Assembly (NCBI GenBank): GCA_043825875.1
Contig: JBDRRF010000083.1
Location: 1 to 64,000 of the forward strand
DNA length: 64,000 bases
Source of the DNA: Pseudomonadota bacterium
Lineage (GTDB): Bacteria > Desulfobacterota > Desulfobacteria > Desulfobacterales > RPRI01
Reading direction: 5' to 3'
A program made the position numbers and the translations under genes. The notes beneath the pieces were generated by a model, which worked only from the letters and a program-made list of their open reading frames with translations, had not been told where the DNA came from and did not search any database. Every line of letters begins with the position of its first letter. The first letter of the stretch is position 1. Shown piece by piece: positions 14,531-24,994 of the stretch.

Positions 14531-15055
14531 ATGAAAGCAATAGGTTCTTTGATGCTGTTGTTGGGACTGGTTGTGGCAAGCGGATGTGCAACACAACGGG
14601 CCATGCCTGTGGCATCGAGCGGAGAAAAGATTCACATTGATATCCTGTCCGACCGCGGCAACCCGTCTACCATGGAGTCTCGCCAGTGGCAATATCGGAA
14701 CGAGGTGGGTTCGTTCATGGAACCTAACATGGTGCGCCGCTTGCGTGATTTTGGGTTCAGCTCTGCCCTGATTCAGAAAAATTCCGACTTCCAACGCCGA
14801 CCTGGATCTTACCTGTTGAAAATGACCATCACCAGCTACAATCCTGGCAGTACTGCCGCCCGCATACTTGTGGGGTTCGGGGCTGGAGCATGTTCCTTGG
14901 ACTGCCATTACGAACTCTTCGATTCCAATGGCAAGACAGTCATGAGCTGGGACGACGGCGTTGGAACCTCCCAGAACTGGCAGCGGTTGCCGATCACTCT
15001 CAACAAGCGGAATGCAGCCAAGGTTCAAGACTACTGCATGGGTTCCAAGCCTTAG
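14531..15055 (+). CDS. Lipoprotein, DUF4410-like
   Basis: Lipobox VASGC; PGSTAARILVGFGAG motif; AAGGAG RBS; visibly GC-richer than its flanks. Confidence 0.7.
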   Translation: MKAIGSLMLLLGLVVASGCATQRAMPVASSGEKIHIDILSDRGNPSTMESRQWQYRNEVGSFMEPNMVRRLRDFGFSSALIQKNSDFQRRPGSYLLKMTITSYNPGSTAARILVGFGAGACSLDCHYELFDSNGKTVMSWDDGVGTSQNWQRLPITLNKRNAAKVQDYCMGSKP

Positions 15056-15076
15056 CGTTCTCTTTTCCGAGCAGGC

Positions 15077-15736
15077 TTATATATTCCAAAGCCACCTGCT
15101 TTTGGCTAAAAGCTCATTGTAAGCGGGAAATGCTTTTTTGAGCTTGGACTCCTCCCAACGGGAGCGCAGCAACTGAATAATCACAAACAGTAGAAAAATA
15201 GCGCTATTTAACCATGACCAGCGCCACACCAAAACAGCAGCTGCGGCCAGGATTTCCCCCATATAAACAGGATGTCTCACCCAGCAATATGGCCTGCAAG
15301 TCACCAAAGCACGTACTTCCACAGTAATGCTGAAAGAATGGCGCAGAACCCACATACCCCAAATCGTTATGACTGTTGCAAGGGTCATCCACAAAAAAAT
15401 TACAGTTAATAAGGTAGTGTTGCCCGTGATCCATATATTAGGAATAGTACCAAGCAAGCCAAAAGGAAGCACGCTGCCGATTAATGGAACAATAATTTCT
15501 TTTATACCATAAGAACGCTCAACAGGATTATGACGCACAATAAAGGCTATTATCAAAACAATAAAAAGAAGTGTCTCTGCTGCCCAGAGAGGTTTCCAGA
15601 AGTAATTGTGGTATTGCCCGACACGCAGAACAAGAAAAACCGAAACAATTATTACCCCAAACATACGGATGATCCGATGCAACCACAGCATAGGTATAAT
15701 GTGCTCGAACCATCCGAAGGGATCAAATTTGGTCAT
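15077..15736 (-). CDS. Isoprenylcysteine carboxylmethyltransferase-family membrane protein
   Basis: TM helices; LRHSFSITVEVRALVT..PY.WVRHPVYMGE and EE..L...F..Y motifs. Confidence 0.8.
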   Translation of the reverse strand: MTKFDPFGWFEHIIPMLWLHRIIRMFGVIIVSVFLVLRVGQYHNYFWKPLWAAETLLFIVLIIAFIVRHNPVERSYGIKEIIVPLIGSVLPFGLLGTIPNIWITGNTTLLTVIFLWMTLATVITIWGMWVLRHSFSITVEVRALVTCRPYCWVRHPVYMGEILAAAAVLVWRWSWLNSAIFLLFVIIQLLRSRWEESKLKKAFPAYNELLAKSRWLWNI

Positions 15737-16294
15737 GATTGTTTGAAATCTGTTTTTTTCTTTCAGGGCAGGAAACCACTTTACCTTGCAGCAGCATATT
15801 CTACTCCTTTTTATTATCAGATTATATCCCTAACAAAAAATTGTTTTATAATGCTATGTTACGTTTTAATATCATACACTACTATAACCTTCAAGCTAAA
15901 TAATTATCAGTCTTATCAACATATTTAATACAATAAAAAGATGATTAAAACTGCTTTAATTTTGATAGTGACAGCTTAATTTACAACTTGGATTACTGCT
16001 AAGAAGTTTCGGATATTGAAGTAAAGGAATTTGACGAAAATTTATTTTGTACTTTGGGCCAAGATTAGTCAGCGCATATCAAACGTTTATATTCAGGCTT
16101 TAAAAAGAGCTTTATACAAATAAATATATCTTGCTTTTAGCAAAAAAACTGCTAATATCTCAAAATTCAACAAGGTTCTGATGGTCTGGCAAAGCGTTTT
16201 TTACTGAAGGAACATGTTATTTCCACGTGTTACATCCTCCAGTTTAAAATTTTGAAAATCTTAATTTAACAAAGAAAAAAGGGAGGATGTTATT

Positions 16295-16495
16295 ATGGTA
16301 AATGGAACCGTTAAGTGGTTTAACGACAAAAAGGGTTTCGGCTTTATTGAACAGGAAGATGGACCCGATGTTTTTGTTCACCATTCAGCAATCAACGCAA
16401 CCGGTTTTAAAAGCCTTAGAGAAGGTGACAAGGTTTCTTTTGAAATAGAACAGGGCCAAAAAGGACCATCAGCAGTAAACGTTACTGTGAGATAA
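16295..16495 (+). CDS. Cold-shock protein
   Basis: [15 protein letters not shown] and DVFVHHSAI motifs; GGGAGG RBS. Confidence 0.97.
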   Translation: MVNGTVKWFNDKKGFGFIEQEDGPDVFVHHSAINATGFKSLREGDKVSFEIEQGQKGPSAVNVTVR

Positions 16496-16508
16496 ATTTT
16501 TCTATAAT

Positions 16509-16549
16509 AAGGGCATTCCATTTCAAACTATGGGATGCCCTTTATTTTT
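16509..16549 (+). terminator. Terminator after the csp gene
   Basis: aagggcattccat / atgggatgccctt stem followed by tattttt. Confidence 0.75.
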
Positions 16550-16577
16550 CAGGGTTTCATATACAGACAAACTAAGA

Positions 16578-16765
16578 GAGCCACTTTCAAAACGTTTCAG
16601 TTTGGTCAAGCTCAAGGCGGGCGAGAATTTCAACCACAGGAATACATTGAGTATTTCGAGGATAGCGCTAAAGGTTAGCGCTTATGCTTCACTACGTGTC
16701 ACTTCGTGCGAAATTTAATCCCAACGCTTAAGATCGGCCAAAATGGGGCGTTTTGAAACTGGCTC
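16578..16765 (+). mobile_element. MITE family A, copy 2 (188 bp, with ~45-bp internal insertion)
   Basis: GAGCC...GGCTC ends; AAGA direct repeat on both sides; extra segment at 16664-16709. Confidence 0.9.
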
Positions 16766-16939
16766 AAGAGTTTTTTATGGCTCGTATTTGCCATGCCTTT
16801 GGTGTTAATTTTAGAGTGTTTATGCAAAGGTCTCAAATAAGATCTCAATAATTAACTTACAACAAAAAGTTATACCCAAAGGGATGAGCTGGTCTTGTTT
16901 AGACCCTTTTTACTGAATTCATTGAGAAAGGATAATCAA

Positions 16940-17224
16940 ATGAATATTTATATCGGGAATTTAGCTCCTGCAACCACAGAAGAAGCCTTGAAAACATTAT
17001 TTGTCGAATTCGGAGAGGTCGAAACCATCAAGTTGATAAAAGACAAATTTACAGGAAAAGCAAAAGGATTCGCGTTTATTGAAATGCCAAGTAATTCAGA
17101 AGCGGATCAAGCTATCAAGGCACTAAACGGAAAACGCATAGATGGCAACAATATCAAAGTGAATCCGGCCGATCCGGGCGGTAAAAAACAACAGAAAAAA
17201 TCATTTAAAAGAAGAAGCTATTGA
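16940..17224 (+). CDS. RRM-domain RNA-binding protein
   Basis: RNP2 IYIGNL and RNP1 KGFAFIEM; ATG at 16940 after AAGGA. Confidence 0.95.
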   Translation: MNIYIGNLAPATTEEALKTLFVEFGEVETIKLIKDKFTGKAKGFAFIEMPSNSEADQAIKALNGKRIDGNNIKVNPADPGGKKQQKKSFKRRSY

Positions 17225-17437
17225 AATATGAATAGCTATGGCAATTGTCATAAATTAAGTTCCGTTTGGTTATGAGTGCTTATGCGAATCATAACCAAAC
17301 AATTTTAAACAGTTTTATTTACAAAGCTATTATAGGATATGCATATCGGAGCATGTCAATAAGGTAATGATAATAAAATCATTTAAAAAATTTTATTGAA
17401 TTTCTTCTGCTCCTTTTTCGCTTTGCTTTACCGGTAA

Positions 17438-17569
17438 TCATTTTTCTTTTTGTTTCAAAAGCCTGATAATTTCATCTTCCCCTAATGGCGCTAAGTGTTT
17501 GATTCTTAAGCTTTCAGCCCATTGCTTTGCAAAATCTTTTTGTGTAAAATAGCTCTGATTGAAAATCAT
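17438..17569 (-). CDS. Small hypothetical protein (43 aa)
   Basis: MIFNQSYFTQKDFAKQWAESLRIKHLAPLGEDEIIRLLKQKEK*; GAAAGG RBS; starts 10 nt after the upstream stop. Confidence 0.4.
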   Translation of the reverse strand: MIFNQSYFTQKDFAKQWAESLRIKHLAPLGEDEIIRLLKQKEK

Positions 17570-17579
17570 ACCAACCTTT

Positions 17580-18803
17580 CTATAATATCATGCAATCAGC
17601 AACAAGCTCCCACAGATATTTTACTGTAAGCCCTTCCATGCCATACTCTTTCTTTATATTGTTTAGCTGACCATGGCAGCTATGGCATGGAACAACAATT
17701 ATTGCGGCACCTGTTGACTTGATCTGATCCATTTTCTTTTTTCCGTAGGCAATTCGTTCCTCGTTGTAACCTGTGGTAAGAGCGCCCCCCCCTCCTCCGC
17801 AGCATAACTGATTTTCTCTTGTAGGGTAAAGATCCACCCAGTTATCAAGGCATTGATCCAGAATCCATCGCGGCTCATCATAAAACCCGTGACCAAACAG
17901 CCTTTCTGCTTTTCTACAGTAATTGCAAGGATCATGGTATGTCGCAAGACCGGCAAATCTTGACTTGTCCAGCTTTATTCTTTCTTCTTTGATATATTTT
18001 ATTAAAAGATCAAATACAGTATATGTTCCGAATTTTTTAAGTTCTTCGGGGTACCATTTTTCCAGACCAGACCTGGTCGCAAGATAGGCATGCCCTCATT
18101 CCGGCCACATAAGGTTTTTTATTTCCAGCCGACTCATTTGTTCCACAATTCTTCCGGCCATTATTTTTACTGCTTCATCGTCTCCGGTAAAAAGGCCCCA
18201 GCTTGTTCCTTCCCAATTATCAGAAGTTATCGTCCAGTCTTCTTTTGCAGCATAAAAAATTTTCCACCAGTGCTTTAAGTCTTCCGTATGTGTATTTACT
18301 AGTTTATTATGAATTGTAGTTAAAAGATTAGCTCCTTTTTTGTCTATGGGGACTTTAAAACCTTCAAAACCAGGTTCTTCGGCTATTTCGTCTGCAACAT
18401 CTTCTACTATAAAAATAAAATCTTCTTTAGGAACCCCAAGATTATTACCAGTTTTTATGGCAGCTTCAACACCCTTATGAAGTATTCCAGGCACCATATC
18501 TCTTTCACGCAAACCTCTTATGCTTCTTACCAGATCAGGGATATGAACACCCATGGGGCACACATGCTCACATTTTCCGCACATAGTACAAACCCATGGC
18601 CATTTTGCATTCACAATTTCATCTTTTAAGCCCAATCCGACCATTCTTACAAGTTTTCTCGGATCAAAATCATCAAGACCCGAAGCAGGACAAGAACTGG
18701 AACACAGGCCGCATGTTACACAATAATCATGGGAAAAAGGCTGCGATCTGAATATGCTATGATTTAATTCATCTAAATCAATAAATTTTTGTGAACTATC
18801 CAT
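17580..18803 (-). CDS. Selenocysteine-containing HdrC/HdrD-like Fe-S protein (4Fe-4S dicluster plus CCG domains), ~407 aa
   Basis: ORFs 18096-18803 and 17580-17837 are in one frame separated only by TGA at 18096-18098 (LMWPE-U-GHAY). Motifs CVTCGLCSSSCP, CTMCGKCEHVCP, YHDPCN, CCGGGGG, PCHSC. SECIS follows the TGA. Confidence 0.88.
18060..18095 (-). promoter_or_regulatory. Bacterial SECIS element
   Basis: Directly 3' of the UGA: GGGCAUGCCUAUCUUGC-GACCAG-GU-CUGGUC; the apical CAGGUCUG matches the E. coli fdhF SECIS apex. Confidence 0.8.
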
Positions 18804-18819
18804 TTTTGTACCCTGTATT

Positions 18820-20415
18820 TTATGATGATTGCCTTAAGGTTATGATTTTGTCTTCAAATTTATTTACAATCTGTGCAAATTCATATCCCATGTTGGATGC
18901 AAGTGTATTTATTTCAAGACACTCTTTATTTATATTCATGCTTTCAAACATTGCCTTTAGCTGTTCTACCCTGTTTGCAGCAAAAACATTTCCCTTCTCG
19001 GAATGGCAGTTTCCTTTATGGCATGTGAGCACCAACACACCTTCGGCATTACTCAGGAAAGCAGAAAGTATATATTCAGTTGAAATAAGCCCTGAACATG
19101 GAAACTCAACGACTTTCAAATTTTGAGGAAGGTTAAAGCCCATGTTCAAAGCATGTTCCTTTGCCCGGCTTGCCGAACGGCTGCAACAAAAAGCAATTAT
19201 TAATGGAGATGATAATTTTTCATATTGTGTATCTGAGTATTGCTTGATTTGATCTTGTATATTCCTGTTATCCGGAAATTTTATTGAAATAGCTCCCCTC
19301 GGGCATTCAGCCAAACAAATTCCGCAACCTTCACATGAATAGGGCATGACAACAGGTCTTGTATCAAGATCAATTGCCCGGTAAGGACAGCTACGATAAC
19401 ATGTAAGACAGCGAATGCATGCGCTTTTGTTAATTTCAGCGGTTGCTGATTGAATATTATCAATTCCGGCTTCGCTACCAACCATAAAACTTATTGCATT
19501 TACAGAATCGATTTTATTTCCAGCAGCATTTAATACTGTCCGGGACGGACCTGCGGCAAGAATACCTTTCCTGTTAGTATAAACAATTTTACGGTGAACA
19601 TTTCCTGTCTGCAGAAAACCATCTGCTCCTGTATGAAGTTTAAAAATTGCTGCAAGTTTTATTAAATATTTTGAAGGAGATATTGTTTCATCTATAATAG
19701 TAAGAGCCGGTGAAATCCTAAAATTATGGTGGGTAATTTCATCGATAAATTCAATCGTAATTTGCCCTTTGTTATCTTGTTTTACTGTAGGAATAGAATC
19801 CGTAAATTTAAAATATATGGCTCCGGATTCTTTTGTTTCTCGGTATAATTTTTCAAGTCCGTTTTCTGCAACCTTAAGATTGTTTGTAAAAATATAAGTT
19901 TGGCGATTAAATTCCGTTTGCAGTTTAAGTGCTGCGAGCATAATCTCTTTGGTTATTACAGGATTATTTTCATATCCTATGCCTGTTAAAAATACGATTT
20001 TGCCGCCTGGCGGAAGTGTTTTGATAGTACTTTTTAAGTTACCATCAGATTCGGCAAGACTTGATAAGGATAAAATATTATCAGATGCTTTTATATTGTA
20101 ATCTAAATAATTAGTCTTTCTTTCATAATCTTCGGCTATAATTATGCCGGAAACCTCTTTTGAAAAAGATTCTCCGGTTTTTTCCATGATAATTTTAAAA
20201 TTTCCGAAAGTACCATTGCAGGAAGTAATTTTGGTACCGGATATTATATGATCAACTTCGATATCTAAATCTTTAAATGCTTCGACTGAGGAAGAACTTT
20301 CTTTTTCCTTTGATACAATGATTATATCTTTACCTTCCAAAAGAAGTTCTTTGGCAATATTTAGGGCACAAATACTGCTTCCGATTATCATAATTGGTTT
20401 ATTCAAAAGATTCAA
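18820..20415 (-). CDS. HdrA-like (degenerate) / 4Fe-4S / MvhD-FlpD fusion protein
   Basis: CIRCLTCYRSCP and CEGCGICLAECP; C-terminal IIAFCC, EFPCSG and CHKGNCHSEKGN (MvhD-like). Confidence 0.82.
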   Translation of the reverse strand: MNLLNKPIMIIGSSICALNIAKELLLEGKDIIIVSKEKESSSSVEAFKDLDIEVDHIISGTKITSCNGTFGNFKIIMEKTGESFSKEVSGIIIAEDYERKTNYLDYNIKASDNILSLSSLAESDGNLKSTIKTLPPGGKIVFLTGIGYENNPVITKEIMLAALKLQTEFNRQTYIFTNNLKVAENGLEKLYRETKESGAIYFKFTDSIPTVKQDNKGQITIEFIDEITHHNFRISPALTIIDETISPSKYLIKLAAIFKLHTGADGFLQTGNVHRKIVYTNRKGILAAGPSRTVLNAAGNKIDSVNAISFMVGSEAGIDNIQSATAEINKSACIRCLTCYRSCPYRAIDLDTRPVVMPYSCEGCGICLAECPRGAISIKFPDNRNIQDQIKQYSDTQYEKLSSPLIIAFCCSRSASRAKEHALNMGFNLPQNLKVVEFPCSGLISTEYILSAFLSNAEGVLVLTCHKGNCHSEKGNVFAANRVEQLKAMFESMNINKECLEINTLASNMGYEFAQIVNKFEDKIITLRQSS

Positions 20416-20417
20416 CT

Positions 20418-21494
20418 TTAAGACTCCAAATGATTTTTATTCAAATATTTTTTCACATCCCACGCTGCTTTTACGCCATGAGCAGCACTTTCTTCTATTG
20501 ATAAAGGCCCTCCTGCTGTTCCTGCAACAAAAACACCGTTTGATGAAGTAATTCCATCCGTATCACATGATCTGATAAAGCCGGTATCATAAGTTTCTAT
20601 TCCAAGTGCAGTAGCAAGTTCTTTTGATTCGCTATTAGGAGTAATAGCAACGGAAAGAACAAGCATATCATAAATTTCTTCTACACCCCGGTTGGACAGA
20701 TTATCAAAATATTCGATTTTAAGATGATCATCTTCTGTTTTATATATATCTCCAGGAATTGCTCTTACAAGTTTGATATCTTTTTTAGCCTTTTTGTAGA
20801 AATTTTCGAAATCATTTCCAAAGCCCTGAATGTCTATATAAAAAATTGTTATAGATGTGTTGGGTTGTCTCATTTTTATTAAACGAGCCATACGAAGAGC
20901 GGATACACAGCATATTTTTGAACACCATAAATGATTAAGCTTTGAATCTCTGCTTCCTACGCACTGGATAAAAGCGATGTTTTCAGGGGCAAGTTTATCC
21001 GATGGCCTTAAGGCAATGTTGTTATTTCTTAACATTTCCTCAAGCTCCAGATTTGTTATAACATTATCAAACACTTTGTAACCGTATGGCTTGTTTACAG
21101 GATAAAACGGCGTAAATCCGGTTGCCACAATAACAGCATCCGCCAAAATATTAATATCTTTTTCTTTAGAAACTGGGCTGTCCGTTTCTTTATTTTGCCC
21201 GTTTATATGGATATTAAATTGGAAGTTGTTATTACTTGATATTTTATTAATAATTGCATTTGTGTGAATTGTGATATTCTTATTTTCATTAACTTTTTCA
21301 ATCTTTTCTTCAACAATGCAGGCACCACATTTTTCACAGTTTTCTGTTGCTTTACAGGTAAACCGGACGGCATGGCCTCCAAGAAACGCATTTTTCTCAA
21401 CAAGCTCTACATTTATATCAATCTTTGCAAGTTCATATGCTGCTGTGAGACCCGCTATCCCACCCCCGATAACAAGTACATTTGAAGATTTCAT
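20418..21494 (-). CDS. Heterodisulfide reductase subunit A-like flavoprotein (short, QmoA-like size)
   Basis: VIGGGIAGL, FIQCVGSRD, WCSKICC and FYIDIQGFG motifs. Confidence 0.88.
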   Translation of the reverse strand: MKSSNVLVIGGGIAGLTAAYELAKIDINVELVEKNAFLGGHAVRFTCKATENCEKCGACIVEEKIEKVNENKNITIHTNAIINKISSNNNFQFNIHINGQNKETDSPVSKEKDINILADAVIVATGFTPFYPVNKPYGYKVFDNVITNLELEEMLRNNNIALRPSDKLAPENIAFIQCVGSRDSKLNHLWCSKICCVSALRMARLIKMRQPNTSITIFYIDIQGFGNDFENFYKKAKKDIKLVRAIPGDIYKTEDDHLKIEYFDNLSNRGVEEIYDMLVLSVAITPNSESKELATALGIETYDTGFIRSCDTDGITSSNGVFVAGTAGGPLSIEESAAHGVKAAWDVKKYLNKNHLES

Positions 21495-21516
21495 ATGTTC
21501 TTTTTATCTCCCGGAT

Positions 21517-22011
21517 CTATCTTGTTATTTTATCAATTTCTTCTTTTATAAATTGTGCTAATTTTTCAGCCTCTTTCGTACTTATACTTGGAATATCGCT
21601 TGAAAGATTATCAAGCTTTTCTTCCTCGATTTCAGTTATTTTGTTTATTAGAAATGTGTCAGCTTCCCCATCATCAAGCAACAAACCACAGGCTCCGACT
21701 GCGCCAACAAATTCATCATTTATAAATATAGGATAAATAATCTTGACAAGTCCTGCATCACATTCTTCGATAACTTCTTTTTTTGTTTGCTTTGCCAAAG
21801 CTGCAAGGTTCATATGAGCCACAGCACATATGAAACTTTGCCCCTTATCAGTTGCCTTAATTTCAGGGCAAAGTTTGTTCGGCCATTTTTGAAAATCACT
21901 TATACGTATGCCTTTAATATCAAACACATTAGCACAAAGACCTGATTTTCTGTTTATTTCCTTTTCCAGTTCAATCCATTTTTCAATAGGCGCTATATCG
22001 GTAAGTCCCAT
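21517..22011 (-). CDS. Stand-alone PocR ligand-binding domain protein
   Basis: Conserved Cys pattern LCPEIK / ICA / ECDAGL...PI.....VG. Confidence 0.75.
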   Translation of the reverse strand: MGLTDIAPIEKWIELEKEINRKSGLCANVFDIKGIRISDFQKWPNKLCPEIKATDKGQSFICAVAHMNLAALAKQTKKEVIEECDAGLVKIIYPIFINDEFVGAVGACGLLLDDGEADTFLINKITEIEEEKLDNLSSDIPSISTKEAEKLAQFIKEEIDKITR

Positions 22012-22061
22012 TTTTATTCCTCACCATTTTTATTCTGCCATACCATCAAATTAAACAGTAT

Positions 22062-23006
<945 letters not shown>

Positions 23007-23374
23007 TTAAACCAATTAATATTTATATTTTATGATGGATCGTAATAAGTTTTTTAAAAAGGCCGGGGAAAGATAACCTCGGTCCTCGGGTGAAGTTTGA
23101 AAAATCTGATACGATGAATTTCAGGTAATAACAATTTCAATTATTGTCAATATGTTTTATGTTGAAAAAAATATTACTGAAACAATAAAGTCAATTCTTA
23201 AGAAGCAAATTTGTTATAATGATCATATTCTTTCTAATATTTTCTGAAGTGTTGACATTTTGTATTAAAATAAGGTATTAAATTAAAAATTAACAAAGAG
23301 CATTTTAATTTAAATTTTATTATGGCCAATAATAAATATATATACTGATTGATAATTTAGAGAGTTAATCATTT

Positions 23375-24331
23375 ATGGGTATCAAGGAACAAATCAAATC
23401 TGTTTTGCAGGAAGCGGAAATATACAAGAGTCAGGGTTTATTGAACGAAGCAATGGTGACCTATAAAAATGCTACAGAACTTATTAAAAATAATATAAAG
23501 CCTGAAAACAGCCGACAATTGCTTGAAGGTATTAATAATAAAATGGAGTCGTTAAAGCAGATTATAGCTAAATATAATGATTCTAAAATACCTGAACTTT
23601 CTGATGATACACAAAATTTGATCAAGGACAAATTTGCTTTTTCAAACGATAATGAATCAGCAATCCTTGAAGGAGCAATAATACTGACTAAATTCGGCCA
23701 ATTCGAGAGAGCTATAAAAGAATTTAATGAATTATTAAAAACAGACTCTTTACGACTTGTGGCCGCAAAAAATATTTTAAGATGCTATTTTGCATCTTCC
23801 GGAGCAGATAATGCTATTTCTCAATACAGAGAATGGTTGAAGCTCGGCATTTTTTCCGCAGGGCAAGAAGAAAAAATAAAGTTTTTTTTAGAAAACCTTT
23901 TAAAAGAAAAAGGAATTGAAAATAAAACTCTTGCGGAAGAAGTTAAGGAAAATGTAGATGTACAAAATATAATCGATGAAAAAGCTGATGAGAAAAAACC
24001 TTCAACAAAACCTTTGTTGGATATTCCAGAGTTAAACGATGATAATGAAGAATTTTTAGATATAAATTCTGTTGGAATTATATTGGATAAAGGCCCGGAA
24101 ATTCTTCTTGATGTTGCTTTCCAATCTAAGGATGTAGTTAGCCTGATTGTTCCTGGCAGGGAAAAACCATTGATAGATAAATTTAAAACAGGGTTAAAAT
24201 TTAATAATATTCAATTTTATTCACCAATTGCCATCTTGAACGGCTCGGGTGTTATACTTGCTTTTTCAAAGATCGACTCTGGCCCTAAAATGGGAAATTA
24301 CAGCCTTGATCTAAAAATGTTTACTGACTAG
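23375..24331 (+). CDS. Hypothetical protein with TPR-like N-terminus
   Basis: Helical EAEIYKSQGLLNEA repeats; first gene of a co-directional cluster. Confidence 0.65.
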   Translation: MGIKEQIKSVLQEAEIYKSQGLLNEAMVTYKNATELIKNNIKPENSRQLLEGINNKMESLKQIIAKYNDSKIPELSDDTQNLIKDKFAFSNDNESAILEGAIILTKFGQFERAIKEFNELLKTDSLRLVAAKNILRCYFASSGADNAISQYREWLKLGIFSAGQEEKIKFFLENLLKEKGIENKTLAEEVKENVDVQNIIDEKADEKKPSTKPLLDIPELNDDNEEFLDINSVGIILDKGPEILLDVAFQSKDVVSLIVPGREKPLIDKFKTGLKFNNIQFYSPIAILNGSGVILAFSKIDSGPKMGNYSLDLKMFTD

Positions 24332-24366
24332 CATTTTACTTATCACTATGTTCGGAGTTATGTTAG

Positions 24367-24990
24367 ATGGCGGTTTTTAATCTAAAAAGTCGCGAGATTG
24401 AATGTAAAATTGTATTTTACGGCCCGGGAAGATCCGGTAAGACCACCAATCTCGAATATATTTTTAAAACTTATAAAAAACAGGTTTCCGACCAAATGGT
24501 CACAATCGATACCGAGGGGGACAGAACCCTCTTTTTTGATTTCCTTCCCATGGGGCTTGGTAAAATCAAAGGGTGCGATGTTAAAGTACAACTATATACA
24601 GTTCCAGGACAGGTTCAATACAGTTCTACGAGAAAACTGGTTTTAAAAGGTGCGGACGGGATTGTCTTTGTAGCCGATTCTTTTGCTATCAGACGCGAAA
24701 AAAATATGCTTTCGCTTAAAGATCTTGATCAGAACCTGAAAGAATGCGGGCTCAATATTTTTAAAATCCCTCTCATACTTCAATACAATAAAAGAGATAT
24801 AGCCGATATTCCCGGTAACACTATACCGATAATGTCTATAGAACAATTGCAAAATGATCTTAACAAACAACTCAAAGTTCCGCACTTCCCGGCAAGTGCT
24901 TTATCGGGTCAGGGTGTAGGAGCAACATTAAAAGAGTGTTTAAAACTGACTTTAGTTCATCTGCAAAAGGAATTTAACTGGGCTCAATAG
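24367..24990 (+). CDS. mglA: MglA-family small GTPase
   Basis: KIVFYGPGRSGKTTNL, DRTLFFDFLP, LYTVPGQV and QYNKRD motifs. Confidence 0.9.
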   Translation: MAVFNLKSREIECKIVFYGPGRSGKTTNLEYIFKTYKKQVSDQMVTIDTEGDRTLFFDFLPMGLGKIKGCDVKVQLYTVPGQVQYSSTRKLVLKGADGIVFVADSFAIRREKNMLSLKDLDQNLKECGLNIFKIPLILQYNKRDIADIPGNTIPIMSIEQLQNDLNKQLKVPHFPASALSGQGVGATLKECLKLTLVHLQKEFNWAQ

Positions 24991-24994
24991 ATAA

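Noticed and set aside
14504..15028. 174-aa minus-strand ORF
   Set aside because: It is antisense to the lipoprotein gene, which has the RBS, promoter and lipobox.
14480..15080. Integron gene cassette for the GC-rich lipoprotein
   Set aside because: No RYYYAAC...GTTRRRY attC pair is found after the stop, and the gene has its own promoter.
17580..18803. Pseudogene or two-gene interpretation of the Hdr-like locus
   Set aside because: A single in-frame TGA at a conserved Cys position followed by a SECIS-like hairpin favours selenocysteine.
23030..23095. GC-rich imperfect hairpin with T tract upstream of mdh
   Set aside because: The stem is weak and irregular, has no second copy in the window and matches no motif I recognise.
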